Shown piece by piece: positions 47,512 to 58,551 of a stretch of DNA of 64,000 bases. Position 1 is the stretch's first letter. Each line of letters begins with the position of its first letter. A program made the translations under genes and the position numbers. Origin of the DNA: an uncultured Gammaproteobacteria bacterium (lineage in GTDB: Bacteria > Patescibacteriota > Microgenomatia > Levybacterales > UBA12049). The notes below the pieces were generated by a model that saw only the letters and a program-made list of their open reading frames with translations, made no database searches and had not been told where the DNA came from. The DNA lies in the NCBI GenBank assembly GCA_964523705.1, contig CAZFYA010000001.1:185420-249419 (forward strand), written 5' to 3'.

Positions 47512-49380
47512 GTGATATCATTATACGGTATGAATAAAGACTTTCTCAACAACCTAAATCAAGAGCAAAAACAAGCAGTTTTAAATACAACCGGCCCAAT
47601 GATTATACTCGCAGGAGCCGGATCCGGAAAAACAAGAGTTTTAACTTATAAAGTTGTTTGGTTAATTTCTCAAAACATCACCAACCCTGAAAACATTCTT
47701 ATGATAACTTTTACCAATAAAGCTGCTAATGAAATGAAAGAAAGAGTTGAAAAATTTCTTAATAAAAACAGTTTAAGCGTAAGATCAAAGCCACTAATCT
47801 CAACCTTTCATTCCCTTTGTGCAAAGTTGCTTAGAATTGAAGGAAAATATGTTGGTCTTGATTCAAATTATTTAATTTATGATGAGCAAGATCAAAAAGA
47901 AGCAATAAAAGAAGTACTAAATTTATTAAACATTTCAAATAAAGAATTTAAGCCTGCTTCAATTTTAGCAACAATTTCACAAGCTAAAAATGAGCTGATT
48001 TCAGAAAACGAGTATCCAAATTATGCCAGAGGACATTTTCAACAAATAGTTGCTAAGGTTTATCATGCTTATCAAAACCTTTTAAAAGAAAACAATGCTT
48101 TAGATTTTGACGATTTACTTTTAAAAACAATTGAGCTTTTTAAAAATAACCCTGATGTTTTGGAAAAATATCAAAATAAATTTAAGTATATTTTAGTTGA
48201 TGAATACCAAGATACTAATCATGCTCAATACGTGCTAACAAAAATGCTGTCTTTGAAATGGAACAATCTTTGTGTTGTCGGTGATTTTTCTCAAAGCATA
48301 TATAGCTGGAGAGGGGCTGATTTTCAAAACTTAGTAAAATTTAATAAAGATTTTAAAAACGTTAAAACTTTTAACCTATCACAAAACTATCGCTCCACAC
48401 AAAAAATACTGGATGCATCTTTTTCAGTAATTTCTAAAAACAGCAGTCACCCGATTCTAAAGCTTTGGACCGAAAACAAAAGCGGAGATGAAATTATGCT
48501 TTTTGAAGCAAGAAATGAACATAATGAAGCAGAATTTATTATTGAACAAGTTGCTTACTTAAAATATCAGCAAAAAGAACTTAAGTTTTCAGATATCGCA
48601 ATTCTTTACAGAACAAATGCTCAATCAAGAGTTATTGAGGAGGTTTTTTTGCATCATGGAATTCCTTACGTTTTAATTGGAGGAACAAGATTTTATGAAA
48701 GAAAGGAAATTAAAGATATACTTGCTTATTTAAGATTAATAGCAAATCCAAAAGATTCAGTTTCAAAAAAAAGAATTGAAAAACTAGGTAAAAAAAGATT
48801 TGATAAATTCTTAGAATTTAAAGATAAAAATTATGAAATGGATGAAACTATAAAAATTATGGATAAAGTAATTAAAGCAACTGATTATTTATCTTTTTAT
48901 GACGAAAAAGATGAGGAAGACTTACAAAGATTGGAAAATATTAAAGAATTAAGATCAGTAGCAATTGAATTTCCCAAAATTAATGAATTTTTAGAAAACG
49001 TTTCACTAGTTGAACAAGAACAACTTCCAGATCATCCTCAAAAAGATAAAAAGAAAAAAAATGCCGTAAATTTAATGACACTTCACGCGGCAAAAGGATT
49101 AGAGTTTTCAATTGTTTTTATAATCGGAATGGAAGAAGGACTTTTTCCGCACAGTAGATCCTTAATGAATAAGGACGAACTTGAAGAAGAAAGAAGACTT
49201 TGTTATGTTGGAATGACAAGAGCAAAACAAAAACTCTATTTAACTTATTCTAAAAAGAGATTGTTTTTTGGACAAAGAACAAATAATATGGTTTCAAGGT
49301 TTATTTTTGACTTACCGGAAGAAATTCTATCAAATAATCTTTCCTTTTCGCAAAAGGAAGATGTTCCTGAATTTTTATGA
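47503..49380 (+). CDS. UvrD/PcrA-family ATP-dependent DNA helicase
   Basis: Walker A AGAGSGKTRVLTYKV, motif II VDEYQDTN, and C-terminal helicase motifs (LHAAKGLEF, VGMTRAK). Confidence 0.85.
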   Translation: MPHVISLYGMNKDFLNNLNQEQKQAVLNTTGPMIILAGAGSGKTRVLTYKVVWLISQNITNPENILMITFTNKAANEMKERVEKFLNKNSLSVRSKPLISTFHSLCAKLLRIEGKYVGLDSNYLIYDEQDQKEAIKEVLNLLNISNKEFKPASILATISQAKNELISENEYPNYARGHFQQIVAKVYHAYQNLLKENNALDFDDLLLKTIELFKNNPDVLEKYQNKFKYILVDEYQDTNHAQYVLTKMLSLKWNNLCVVGDFSQSIYSWRGADFQNLVKFNKDFKNVKTFNLSQNYRSTQKILDASFSVISKNSSHPILKLWTENKSGDEIMLFEARNEHNEAEFIIEQVAYLKYQQKELKFSDIAILYRTNAQSRVIEEVFLHHGIPYVLIGGTRFYERKEIKDILAYLRLIANPKDSVSKKRIEKLGKKRFDKFLEFKDKNYEMDETIKIMDKVIKATDYLSFYDEKDEEDLQRLENIKELRSVAIEFPKINEFLENVSLVEQEQLPDHPQKDKKKKNAVNLMTLHAAKGLEFSIVFIIGMEEGLFPHSRSLMNKDELEEERRLCYVGMTRAKQKLYLTYSKKRLFFGQRTNNMVSRFIFDLPEEILSNNLSFSQKEDVPEFL

Positions 49381-50348
49381 AGAAGAATAATTTAAATAAT
49401 TTTGCCACTCACCCACTTCAGTCATTTGAATGGGGAGAATTTAGAGAAAAAAGCGGTATTAGAGTAATAAGAGAAGACGGTTTTCAACTAACAATTCATA
49501 AAATTCCAAAAACTAATTGGACAATAGGATATTTGCCAAAAGGCGAAATGCCCAATGAAAAACTTCTTAAAAATTTAAAAACAATTGCTAAAAAAGAAAA
49601 ATGCGTATTTATCCAACTGGAGCCAAATGTTGAAAAAAATGAACAAAGCGAGAAAAAACTAAAAAATTTAGGACTTATTCCATCAACACATCCGCTTTTT
49701 ACCCGTTTTACTTTTCAGCTTGATCTCACTAAAAACGAAGACGAACTTTTAAAAAACATGCATCATAAAACAAGATACAACATAAGAGTTGCTCAAAAAC
49801 ATAATGTTAAAGTTGTTGAGGATAATTCAGATAAGGCTTTTGAAAAATATTTAAAATTAACAAGAGAAACAACAACTAGGCAAAAGTTTTATGCGCATAC
49901 TGAAAAATACCATCGTTTAATGTGGCAGTGTTTAAAAGATAAAAAAGATCAAAAAGATGGTTTATCCTTGCACTTGCTGTTAGCAAAACACAATAATGAT
50001 GTTTTGGCTACCTGGGTGCTGTTTGTTTTTAAAGACACTCTTTATTATCCATATGGGGCTTCAAGCACTAAAAACCGTGAGTTAATGGCCTCTAATTTAA
50101 TGATGTGGGAAGCAATTCGTTTAGGTAAAAAATTAGGTCTTAAAAAATTTGACATGTGGGGTGCGCTTGGTCCAAACCCCAACCCAAAAGACCCCTGGTT
50201 TGGTTTTCATCGTTTTAAACAAGGCTATGGAGCAAGACTGGTAGAATTTGTAGGAAGTTATGATTTAGTTACTAATCCTTTTCTTTATAAGCTTTACGTT
50301 TTAGCCGATAAGGTTCGCTGGGCATATTTAAAGCTTAAATTTTTTTAA
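49377..50348 (+). CDS. FemAB-family peptidoglycan interpeptide aminoacyltransferase-like protein
   Basis: N-terminal QSFEWGEFREKSG, 323 aa. It has a 4-nt overlap with the helicase gene. Confidence 0.55.
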   Translation: MKKNNLNNFATHPLQSFEWGEFREKSGIRVIREDGFQLTIHKIPKTNWTIGYLPKGEMPNEKLLKNLKTIAKKEKCVFIQLEPNVEKNEQSEKKLKNLGLIPSTHPLFTRFTFQLDLTKNEDELLKNMHHKTRYNIRVAQKHNVKVVEDNSDKAFEKYLKLTRETTTRQKFYAHTEKYHRLMWQCLKDKKDQKDGLSLHLLLAKHNNDVLATWVLFVFKDTLYYPYGASSTKNRELMASNLMMWEAIRLGKKLGLKKFDMWGALGPNPNPKDPWFGFHRFKQGYGARLVEFVGSYDLVTNPFLYKLYVLADKVRWAYLKLKFF

Positions 50349-50394
50349 ACTTTTATTGTATTCATAAGCTTATTCTGCTAATATCGAACTTAAG

Positions 50395-51384
50395 ATGAAC
50401 AATTCTTTTTTGAAGTATTTTTGGCAAAACCATTTTTTAGCCACAATAATTTTCTTATTTGCTGTGTATTTTATTTTTCTTGTCAAAGACGTACTTATCT
50501 TAGTTTTTATTTCGTTCATAATTATGGCCACACTCTCTCCGGCAGTAAATTTTTTGCAAAAGAGAAAAATCCCTAAAGTAATAGCAGCTTTAATTTCGTA
50601 TCTTGTTGTTTTATTAATTTTGTTTTCTTTAATTTTCCCAATTGTCCCATTCTTTGTTTCACAAATACAAGCTCTTTTTAGTAGTTTCCCTAAATACTTA
50701 GATCAAGTAGCCAGAATTTTATATTTACCAACTGATATTAATCAAATTAATCAATTCTTAGGAAATGAATTAAGTTCAATTGGGGAAAATGCTTACTCTT
50801 TAACAAGCAAACTGTTTGGTGGGCTTTTTTCAACACTTACTGTTTTTGTTGTTAGTTTTTACATGTTAATTGATAAAGAAAGAATAAAAAGAGGTTTTGT
50901 TTCTCTTTTTCCAAAAAATAATCAAGAAAAAGCAAAAGAAACCCTAACACTTGTTGAAGAAAAATTAGGAGCATGGTTTAGAGGACAAGTTTTACTTTGT
51001 TTTTCAATTGGTCTTTTAACCTGGATTGTTCTAACAATTTTAGGCTTAAAGTTTGCCCTACCTTTAGCTGTAGTTGCAGGACTTTTAGAAATTATCCCAA
51101 CTATTGGACCAATAATCTCTGCTATTCCTGCTATTATTGTTGCTCTGGCTATTTCCCCGACAATGGCAATTATTGTTGCTCTTTCCTATGTTGTAATTCA
51201 GGCCTTAGAGAATAATCTTTTGGTTCCAAAAATTATGCAAAAAGCAGTTGGACTAAATCCGATTATAATTATTCTAGCTGTTGTAACCGGCGCAAGATTA
51301 ATTGGAATAATTGGAGCACTTTTGGCAATTCCTTTTATTTCTATGTTGATAATAATTTTTAGAAGCCTTAAAACACAAAATTAA
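50395..51384 (+). CDS. AI-2E family transporter (PerM/UPF0118)
   Basis: 8 TM helices; LAVVAGLLEIIPTIGPIISAIPAIIVAL. Confidence 0.7.
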   Translation: MNNSFLKYFWQNHFLATIIFLFAVYFIFLVKDVLILVFISFIIMATLSPAVNFLQKRKIPKVIAALISYLVVLLILFSLIFPIVPFFVSQIQALFSSFPKYLDQVARILYLPTDINQINQFLGNELSSIGENAYSLTSKLFGGLFSTLTVFVVSFYMLIDKERIKRGFVSLFPKNNQEKAKETLTLVEEKLGAWFRGQVLLCFSIGLLTWIVLTILGLKFALPLAVVAGLLEIIPTIGPIISAIPAIIVALAISPTMAIIVALSYVVIQALENNLLVPKIMQKAVGLNPIIIILAVVTGARLIGIIGALLAIPFISMLIIIFRSLKTQN

Positions 51385-51385
51385 A

Positions 51386-51877
51386 ATGTATAAATATATT
51401 TTACCGTTAATTATTGTTGTTGGCTTAGTAGTAATTATTATTTATCCTAAAATAACTGAAAATCAAAGCGAAAACAAAAATTTAACCTCAACTACTACCA
51501 CTTCCTCTACTCCCTTACCAAAAGAGGAAGATCTTATTAATACTTTTTTTAATTTAATTAATGAAAAAAGAATTCCTGATGCAATTAACATGATGACTTT
51601 GGAAATGATTGGCAGCGAATCTGAAAAACAAACTTGGGGTGTCCATTTTAATAATATTGATAAAATTATTGTTAAAAATATTGAGCCTTCTTTAGAAAAA
51701 GATTGGACAAAGTCTAAGAAGAGCTATAAAGTTCTCCTAGATGTTAAAATGAACCCTAGTTCCTTAAACGCTCCTATTCCTTATTATGGATGGGATAATG
51801 GAGAAAACTTACGCTTTGTAGAAATCAGAAAGATAAATGAGGTTTGGCAAATAGCCTCGTTAAACACCGGTCCTTAA
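51386..51877 (+). CDS. Hypothetical membrane-anchored protein, 163 aa
   Basis: N-terminal TM and a Thr-rich linker. Confidence 0.4.
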   Translation: MYKYILPLIIVVGLVVIIIYPKITENQSENKNLTSTTTTSSTPLPKEEDLINTFFNLINEKRIPDAINMMTLEMIGSESEKQTWGVHFNNIDKIIVKNIEPSLEKDWTKSKKSYKVLLDVKMNPSSLNAPIPYYGWDNGENLRFVEIRKINEVWQIASLNTGP

Positions 51878-51878
51878 T

Positions 51879-53354
51879 TTATTTAAAAATAAGCCTTTGC
51901 TTAAAATCGCCAATAATGTTTTGATGATTTCTAAAATATTCTTCTAAAACATCTTGTCCTGAAGTTGATATCACTTTATGCTCTCCGCTTTTTTTAAGTT
52001 CTTTATCAGTTAAACTAAGATATGCTTTAGCGTTATTTGCATGATATCCCTGCATACAAACTCTGTATAATTTTTCATCTGAAACTTCTTCTTCTCTTAT
52101 CTTCAAAGAGGTTAATTTTTTATTTTTCTCACTATATATAACCTCAACTTCTTTATTAATTTGATAACATTCTCCTTCCCCTGTTCTGTTTTCTTTTCTT
52201 AGAATATAAGAAAAAACTTTTCTTAAATCTTTTCCTGTTATTTGGTATCTAACCAAAATATCATCATATGGAAAACAGGCCATTAAGTCTCCTAGAGTTA
52301 CTTTTGGGCCAATTTCTTTTACTCTTATTGATCCTGAACCAACCAGCATCACATCACATTCTGAAGCTTCTGCAAAAATATCTGCAATTAAGTTTCCAAG
52401 CGGTGTTGATATTTCTCTTTTTGGATGAATTAATTTTTTATTAATTTTTGTAATTTGAGTATTATACTTTTGATCAATTATTTTTTTGTAATCATCTATA
52501 TATTTTAAAAGTTCTATATCCGGCTTTGCTATTTTTTCGTTAATATCAACAGTTTTCCATTTGTATTCAATAATCGAATTTGTGTCATCGTCAACAACAA
52601 TATCAAATCTTCCAATTTGATCTGTTCCTACTCCTGCTTGAGCAATTAAAATATTATTTTCTTTAACTGGTTTTTTTAAATATGAATGAGAGTGACCACC
52701 GATTATTAAATCCACTCCCCATTCAGGCTTTAACATTTTGGCAAGCTTAATATCTGAATCAAGACCAATGTGAGTTAAAAGAATTGTTAAATCGATATCA
52801 TCCTTTTTATATGCATTAGTTATTTTCCCAACTTCTTTGCTTGCCTCCTCAAGAGTTACAAAACTTCCGATTAATTTATCTTGAGATAGGGCATCCATTA
52901 TCTTTTCTGTAATTATTCCCGTAAACAAAATATCCATTCCTGCCATTTTTTTAATATAAAAGGGTCGCATTAGTCTTTTATAATATTTTTTAATATATAA
53001 ATTAGCATTTACAATTGGAAAGTTAGCCATTTTTTCTAAAAATAAAAGGTGTGGAAGTCCGTAATCAAATTCATGGTTTCCTAAAGCCACAACATCAGGA
53101 GCTAAATAATTAATTATCTCAATTGTTGAAATCCCTTTATATTCTGAATCTATTAATGAACCCTGAAGCATGTCTCCTGCAATAATAAATAAAACATTTT
53201 CCTCTTCTTTTCTTACTTTGTTTATATATCCTGATAAAAGCGCAAGTCCTCCAATTAATTCTTTTTTTCCTTCTCTAACTTCTGCTAGAAAATCTCCGTG
53301 CATGTCATTTGAATGAAGAATTGTAAATTTTTTCGTTTTTTTTGAAGTAGTCAT
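51879..53354 (-). CDS. Bifunctional metallophosphoesterase / 5'-nucleotidase (UshA/CpdB-like)
   Basis: ILHSNDMHGDF, GNHEFDYG, and a C-terminal 5'-nucleotidase substrate domain. Confidence 0.75.
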   Translation of the reverse strand: MTTSKKTKKFTILHSNDMHGDFLAEVREGKKELIGGLALLSGYINKVRKEEENVLFIIAGDMLQGSLIDSEYKGISTIEIINYLAPDVVALGNHEFDYGLPHLLFLEKMANFPIVNANLYIKKYYKRLMRPFYIKKMAGMDILFTGIITEKIMDALSQDKLIGSFVTLEEASKEVGKITNAYKKDDIDLTILLTHIGLDSDIKLAKMLKPEWGVDLIIGGHSHSYLKKPVKENNILIAQAGVGTDQIGRFDIVVDDDTNSIIEYKWKTVDINEKIAKPDIELLKYIDDYKKIIDQKYNTQITKINKKLIHPKREISTPLGNLIADIFAEASECDVMLVGSGSIRVKEIGPKVTLGDLMACFPYDDILVRYQITGKDLRKVFSYILRKENRTGEGECYQINKEVEVIYSEKNKKLTSLKIREEEVSDEKLYRVCMQGYHANNAKAYLSLTDKELKKSGEHKVISTSGQDVLEEYFRNHQNIIGDFKQRLIFK

Positions 53355-53380
53355 TTAAGAGGTAACAAAATTTTTTATTT

Positions 53381-53959
53381 TTATTCTTCCTCAACAGGCA
53401 TTTCAGGAAGACCGGTAATACCGTCTAATCCTTTCATCATTTCTTCTTGAAGATTGTTTAGGTTTCTAAAACTAACATCTGAAGGTGGATTAAACATTGA
53501 GTCTTGTACAACCGCTGCTGAACATTTATCTTTGTATTGCTCTAGTTCATCAATTACCTCTTCTTTATTTGCTTGATTGGGCATTTCTTCTTGCTCACTT
53601 GCACTTTGCTCATCTATTTCAAATATGTATCCTTCTTTTTCTCCGTTGTTCCAAATCCACATTTTATTATCTTTAAAGATTAAGTTTGCAATTGTGGCTT
53701 CTGTTCCTGTTGTTTCGGTTATTACCCTAACCTTTTCTCCTTTAACATAAGTTATAGTTTTACCCTCAACACTTTGATATTCACACTTTAGACTTAAAGA
53801 CTTTGACATTGCATCTTTAATTGAGGAGAAAACATTGTTACCCCCTGTTTTCACCTGTTCTGTTGAACCACCTTGTTTACTCGAATTATTAAAATAAACA
53901 AAGGCTCCAATAACAACTAATACTATGATTACTATAATTATGGATAAATATTTCTTCAT
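53381..53959 (-). CDS. Hypothetical membrane-anchored secreted protein, 192 aa
   Basis: N-terminal TM helix and an acidic C-terminus. Confidence 0.4.
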   Translation of the reverse strand: MKKYLSIIIVIIVLVVIGAFVYFNNSSKQGGSTEQVKTGGNNVFSSIKDAMSKSLSLKCEYQSVEGKTITYVKGEKVRVITETTGTEATIANLIFKDNKMWIWNNGEKEGYIFEIDEQSASEQEEMPNQANKEEVIDELEQYKDKCSAAVVQDSMFNPPSDVSFRNLNNLQEEMMKGLDGITGLPEMPVEEE

Positions 53960-54061
53960 AAACTATTTCTTTATATAAGTATACTACTTTTTATTAATAT
54001 TACAAGTTTTTGTTGTTGACAGATTAAACATATCCTTTTACCATAAAAATAGCAAGGGTTT

Positions 54062-55819
54062 ATGAGTACAGTAAAGAGAGTAAACATTAATGAAAAAACA
54101 TCCACTAAAATAAAGAGAGTAAGAATTCCGCCCCCAATATACGCAGGAATAAAATTTGAAAAAAATAAGCTAACAATTGCTGAAATTTGTAAAAACATCT
54201 CATTAACAAACAAAGAGGTATTTAATGAATTAGATATTAATAAAGATCTAATTAAATATTTAAAAGATAAAAGCGTTGATAAAAAATGTAAATTTATTGC
54301 CCTGTCCCTTGCCGGTAAAATCAAAAACACTTGGGAGATTACTTCAAGAGCCTGGCTTGAAGAAGACATTGTTTGTTTTGCTAATCAACAGGAAAACTTA
54401 AATGCTCAAACATTAGCCCAAAATACATTTAAGAAATTTGATGACAACAACATTGCCATTGAAAGCTTGTCAAAAAAAAACGAAGTTATAACACCTCATT
54501 TGGTTACTTTAGATGATTATAAAAAAATCACTCCTCCAGAAGACTTTTCCACCCTTTTAAAGCTTGTTAAAAAGTTTAGGAGAAAAAAGATAGTCTTTAT
54601 TAATGCAACTTCTAAAGGCGGGGGCGTTGCCTTAATGAGACATGCACTATTAAGATTTTTTAAGCTTTTAAATGTTAATGCTCACTGGTTTGTAATGAAA
54701 CCAAGAGATGATATTTTTCAAATAACAAAAACGAAATTTCATAATGTCTTACAAGACGTAGTTGGAAAAGATACAAAACTAACTACAAAAGACAAGAAAC
54801 TTTATAACGCCTGGATAAAAAATAATTTTGAAAGCTTAAGAGATGAATTAAAAGATGCCAGTATTGTTGTTATTGACGATCCTCAACCATCCGGATTAAT
54901 TCCTCATATTAAAAAACTAAATCCTGAAATTAAAATTGTCTTTAGATCTCATATTCATCTTTGCAAAAATTTATTAGAAAAAAAGGGCTCTTCGCAAAAA
55001 GAAACCTGGGATTTTATTTGGGAAAACATAAAACTAGCTGATAAATTTGTCAGTCATCCAACAATGGAATTTGTTCCTGATTGCCTAAATCAGGAAAAAT
55101 TGGTTTTCATGCCTGCTTCAACTGATTTACTTGATGGCTTAAATAAAAACTTAACAAAACAGCAAACAAATTATTATTTTAAACTTTTTAATAGCTTTTT
55201 AGCTGAGACTAAGCAAACGCCCCTAGATTTAAAAAGGCCTTATTTAATTCAAGTCTCAAGATTTGACCCATCTAAAGGCATACCTGATTTAATTGAAGCA
55301 TTTTGTCTTTTAAGAGAAAAATTAGGCAAAAAAGTCCGGCCGCAATTAGTTATTGTTGGTAATGGATCTATTGATGATCCGGATGGATTGCCTGTATTAA
55401 GTCTTATTGTAGAAATGCTTAAAAAAGAAAAATATAAAAAATATAAAGATGATATAAAAACAATTAGAATCCCACATGTTGATCAACTTTTAAATACGCT
55501 TTTAAGAAAAAGCAAGATTTGTCTTCAGCTTTCAATAAAAGAGGGATTTGAAATAAAAGTTACAGAAGCTCTGCTTAAAGGAATTCCTGTAATTGCCTAT
55601 AACACGGGTGGTATTCCACTTCAAATAAAACATGGACTAACCGGTTATCTGGTAAAAACAGGAGACATTAAAAAAGTTTCGGATTATCTTTATTATCTTT
55701 TCAACAAAAAAGAGGCATATAAAGGCTTAAGCAGTAACGCCTTATTTCATGCGGATAAAAGATATACCACTTTTTACAATGCTTTAAATTGGCTTTCTTT
55801 AGGAATTGAAATTACTTAA
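54062..55819 (+). CDS. GT4-family retaining glycosyltransferase (trehalose-synthase TreT-like core) with about 150-aa N-terminal extension
   Basis: IVFINATSKGGGVALMRHALL (cf. TreT NSTAFGGGVAEIL). C-terminal EGFEIKVTEALLKGIPVIAYNTGGIPLQI gives the GT4 E-x7-E region. Confidence 0.6.
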   Translation: MSTVKRVNINEKTSTKIKRVRIPPPIYAGIKFEKNKLTIAEICKNISLTNKEVFNELDINKDLIKYLKDKSVDKKCKFIALSLAGKIKNTWEITSRAWLEEDIVCFANQQENLNAQTLAQNTFKKFDDNNIAIESLSKKNEVITPHLVTLDDYKKITPPEDFSTLLKLVKKFRRKKIVFINATSKGGGVALMRHALLRFFKLLNVNAHWFVMKPRDDIFQITKTKFHNVLQDVVGKDTKLTTKDKKLYNAWIKNNFESLRDELKDASIVVIDDPQPSGLIPHIKKLNPEIKIVFRSHIHLCKNLLEKKGSSQKETWDFIWENIKLADKFVSHPTMEFVPDCLNQEKLVFMPASTDLLDGLNKNLTKQQTNYYFKLFNSFLAETKQTPLDLKRPYLIQVSRFDPSKGIPDLIEAFCLLREKLGKKVRPQLVIVGNGSIDDPDGLPVLSLIVEMLKKEKYKKYKDDIKTIRIPHVDQLLNTLLRKSKICLQLSIKEGFEIKVTEALLKGIPVIAYNTGGIPLQIKHGLTGYLVKTGDIKKVSDYLYYLFNKKEAYKGLSSNALFHADKRYTTFYNALNWLSLGIEIT

Positions 55820-57372
55820 TCTTTTCTCTCAAATAACAAAACCTCGTCTTCTCTTATTTTAATTGGCGGAAATTGTCTGTTGAAAATATCGATATCGTTT
55901 ACTACTCTGGTATCTTCTTTAAAATTTAGTTTTACTAATTTATAATTTTTTTCTAAATCTTTTAGGTTTTTAAAGCCTATGCAGGGAAAATTATAATTTT
56001 TATCGCCAAATGGAAAAATTAATATCCAACGGATTTTATCTTTATTGGTAATTTCCCTTGGCCCTAAAAATTTATTATTCTTGCTATCACAAATCCTTGA
56101 AATTGATGGCACGTTTGAGTAAAGGTAAATAGTCCAGGGATAACCGTTACTTAAAAATAAATCTCCTTTTTTGTATCGATTATTTAAATATTGGCCAAGT
56201 TGGGGCATTATAGTGTCATATTTTTTAGTTAATTCTAAATAATATTTTTGCGGATAAAAATCAAAAACTACTTTTTCTTTAGAAATTAAAGAATAAGGTA
56301 ATACATTTAATATGTTTGTAAAACAAATAAAGAAAAACAAAAGAAAAAAGCAAATTACATTTTTCTTTGTTAAAAGATAATCATAAAAATAACCTATGAT
56401 TAAAATGAAAACTGCAAATAAATCAATTAAATACCTTCCGTGTGGAATAAGAAAAATTGAATAAATACAAACTTTTATTGCAATTAAAAGAAAAAAAATT
56501 AAAAGAAATTTTTTGTTTATTTTTTTGAATAAAAACAAAAAAGGTATAAGAATTAAAGGAAAAATAAAAGCATTAAGATAAGATAAATTTTTTAAGATAT
56601 TAATTGGTAAATTTTGCAATTGATTAAAAAATAAAACGTTTTGGGAGTACGGTTTAAAAATCAAAAACCATATAAGCGCTATAAATATTTGAAAAATTGA
56701 AATATAAAAAATAAACTTGTTTTTCTTAAAAAGAAGCGTAATTAAAACAAAGATTGTACTTGTTAACCAAACAAGATAATTACTGAAAAATAATAATAAA
56801 TTAATAAAGAAAAAAACCACACTATGGTTTTTGGTCCATTTATTTTTAAGATTTAAGATTATTAGATAAAGTATAAAAATAGAAAAAAACGAAGAAGGAG
56901 AATAATATCTGGCGGTTCTTGCATAAAGAAAAAATGGTAATAAAAAAATTAACTGAAAAGAAATAATAAATGGAATAAACTTACTTTTAAATAATTCTTT
57001 GCTTGTAAAAAAACAAAGTAATATTGTTCCAATTCCTAATAAGGCAAAGAAAAACCTTTGGCCAAAAATATTATCACCAAAAATATTTATTCCAAAAAAC
57101 ACTAAGTAATGCTGAAGCCATGGTTGCCATTGCCAAAAATAATTACCGTTTAAAAGAATAACATCTTTTCCATTGTTTGTAGTTACTAAATTTTGCCCAT
57201 CAAAGGGGGATGGAAAACCATATTTAAAAATTGATTTTGATAAAACTATAGTTTCCGGTTCGTCTAAAGAATAATCTTGTCCAGAAAGATTGGTGAAAAA
57301 AACTATTGAGGAAATAAGTATTATAAGGATTAATAAAAAATGTTTTTTTATAAAAAAACTAAACTTTTTCAT
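55816..57372 (-). CDS. 518-aa polytopic membrane protein, GT-C-fold PMT/ArnT-like glycosyltransferase
   Basis: First loop SGQDYSLDEPETIV (DE motif) and at least 11 TM helices. Confidence 0.45.
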   Translation of the reverse strand: MKKFSFFIKKHFLLILIILISSIVFFTNLSGQDYSLDEPETIVLSKSIFKYGFPSPFDGQNLVTTNNGKDVILLNGNYFWQWQPWLQHYLVFFGINIFGDNIFGQRFFFALLGIGTILLCFFTSKELFKSKFIPFIISFQLIFLLPFFLYARTARYYSPSSFFSIFILYLIILNLKNKWTKNHSVVFFFINLLLFFSNYLVWLTSTIFVLITLLFKKNKFIFYISIFQIFIALIWFLIFKPYSQNVLFFNQLQNLPINILKNLSYLNAFIFPLILIPFLFLFKKINKKFLLIFFLLIAIKVCIYSIFLIPHGRYLIDLFAVFILIIGYFYDYLLTKKNVICFFLLFFFICFTNILNVLPYSLISKEKVVFDFYPQKYYLELTKKYDTIMPQLGQYLNNRYKKGDLFLSNGYPWTIYLYSNVPSISRICDSKNNKFLGPREITNKDKIRWILIFPFGDKNYNFPCIGFKNLKDLEKNYKLVKLNFKEDTRVVNDIDIFNRQFPPIKIREDEVLLFERKD

Positions 57373-57424
57373 CTTAGAAGAAATTATAATAAATTATTAA
57401 TTAAAAAAGAAGTTTTTTAAAAAA

Positions 57425-57931
57425 TTAATTTAATAAGACGATAGATAGGTTTAAAATCGTGGCAAAACTTACCCATAATATATATGGAATCAAAAGATAA
57501 CCTGCTGTTTTTGATATTTTCAAAAACCTAAGAATTGTTATCAGCAAAACTACCCAAAGAGCAACCAGCTCTAAAAAGGCAAGGCTGGGGTTTTTAAATC
57601 CGAAAAATATAAAAGACCAAAGAAAATTTAAGCCTAATTGAATTAAAAATAAATTTATTGCTTCTTTATTTTTCTTAATTTTTGTTCCTTTTGTCCAAAC
57701 TAAATACAAAGAAATTCCCATTAATATATAAAGAGTTGTCCAAACAGGTGCAAAAAGCCAATTAGGAGGACTAAAGGGAGGCTTATTTAAAGTTGCATAC
57801 CAGGTTGGAATCGCAGGAGTAGTGGCAAAAGAGCCAATATAACCAACCATTAAACAAAGAATAACTGCTACTATTAATTTCCACCAATCTTTCACTTCCT
57901 TAATAATGACAATTTTAAAATTAATTGTCAA
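57425..57931 (-). CDS. TspO/MBR-family tryptophan-rich sensory protein
   Basis: WYATLNKPPFSPPNWLFAPVWTTLYILMGISLYLVW; five TM helices. Confidence 0.8.
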   Translation of the reverse strand: MTINFKIVIIKEVKDWWKLIVAVILCLMVGYIGSFATTPAIPTWYATLNKPPFSPPNWLFAPVWTTLYILMGISLYLVWTKGTKIKKNKEAINLFLIQLGLNFLWSFIFFGFKNPSLAFLELVALWVVLLITILRFLKISKTAGYLLIPYILWVSFATILNLSIVLLN

Positions 57932-58338
57932 TTATATAAATCATCGCTTCTCCAAAAAACACCAGTTATGTTTGTTCCTCCTTCACAGAGAGCTATTGCT
58001 TTTTTAAGTTCATATTGGCTAATCATTTTATTAAGCGGTTCTCTTTCAGGAATATTGCCTGTATAGTATTTTTTCAAAACTGGTAGTGCTTTTCTATCTC
58101 CAAGTTCACCAAGTGCCCAAATTGCTGAATTTCTTTCCCTAAAAGAATTATTTTCATCATCTAAAAGAGCACTTAATGCATAAACGCAATTCCCGCCATA
58201 TTTAGCTGTTGCATCTTTGCATTGTGCTTTTACATCATGTCCTATCCAAGTTACACCAATAAGAAATAAAAAAACAATAATACTTATTCCGATAACAACA
58301 ACATAAAATATTTTGTTTTTAATTTTATTAACTTTCAT
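57928..58338 (-). CDS. Membrane-anchored HEAT/PBS-lyase-like repeat protein
   Basis: N-terminal TM. ERNSAIWALGELGDRKALPVLKKY. Confidence 0.5.
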   Translation of the reverse strand: MKVNKIKNKIFYVVVIGISIIVFLFLIGVTWIGHDVKAQCKDATAKYGGNCVYALSALLDDENNSFRERNSAIWALGELGDRKALPVLKKYYTGNIPEREPLNKMISQYELKKAIALCEGGTNITGVFWRSDDLYN

Positions 58339-58551
58339 TTACAAGTCTTCACCCCCGTTTTCTTCGTAAATAAAGATTTTATCTATGTCCTCCTTAAAAA
58401 GCTTAGCAATTTTAAAAGCTAATCCTAATGATGGAAGGTATTTATTGCTCTCAATGGCAATAACAGTTTGCCTTGTGACTCCGATTTTATCTGCTAATTC
58501 TTCTTGTGTTAAATCATGCATGGCTCGATAAACTTTTAATTTATTCTTCAT
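58339..58551 (-). CDS. XRE-family helix-turn-helix transcriptional regulator
   Basis: MKNKLKVYRAMHDLTQEELADKIGVTRQTVIAIESNKYLPSLGLAFKIAKLF. The start is assigned to the internal ATG; the track ORF extends to 58608. Confidence 0.7.
   Translation of the reverse strand: MKNKLKVYRAMHDLTQEELADKIGVTRQTVIAIESNKYLPSLGLAFKIAKLFKEDIDKIFIYEENGGEDL

Noticed and set aside
53971-54369. 132-aa minus-strand ORF overlapping the start of the GT4 gene
   Set aside because: It overlaps a well-supported + strand gene in its entirety beyond 54062, has no motif, and has the hydrophobic Leu/Ile/Ser bias of a shadow ORF.
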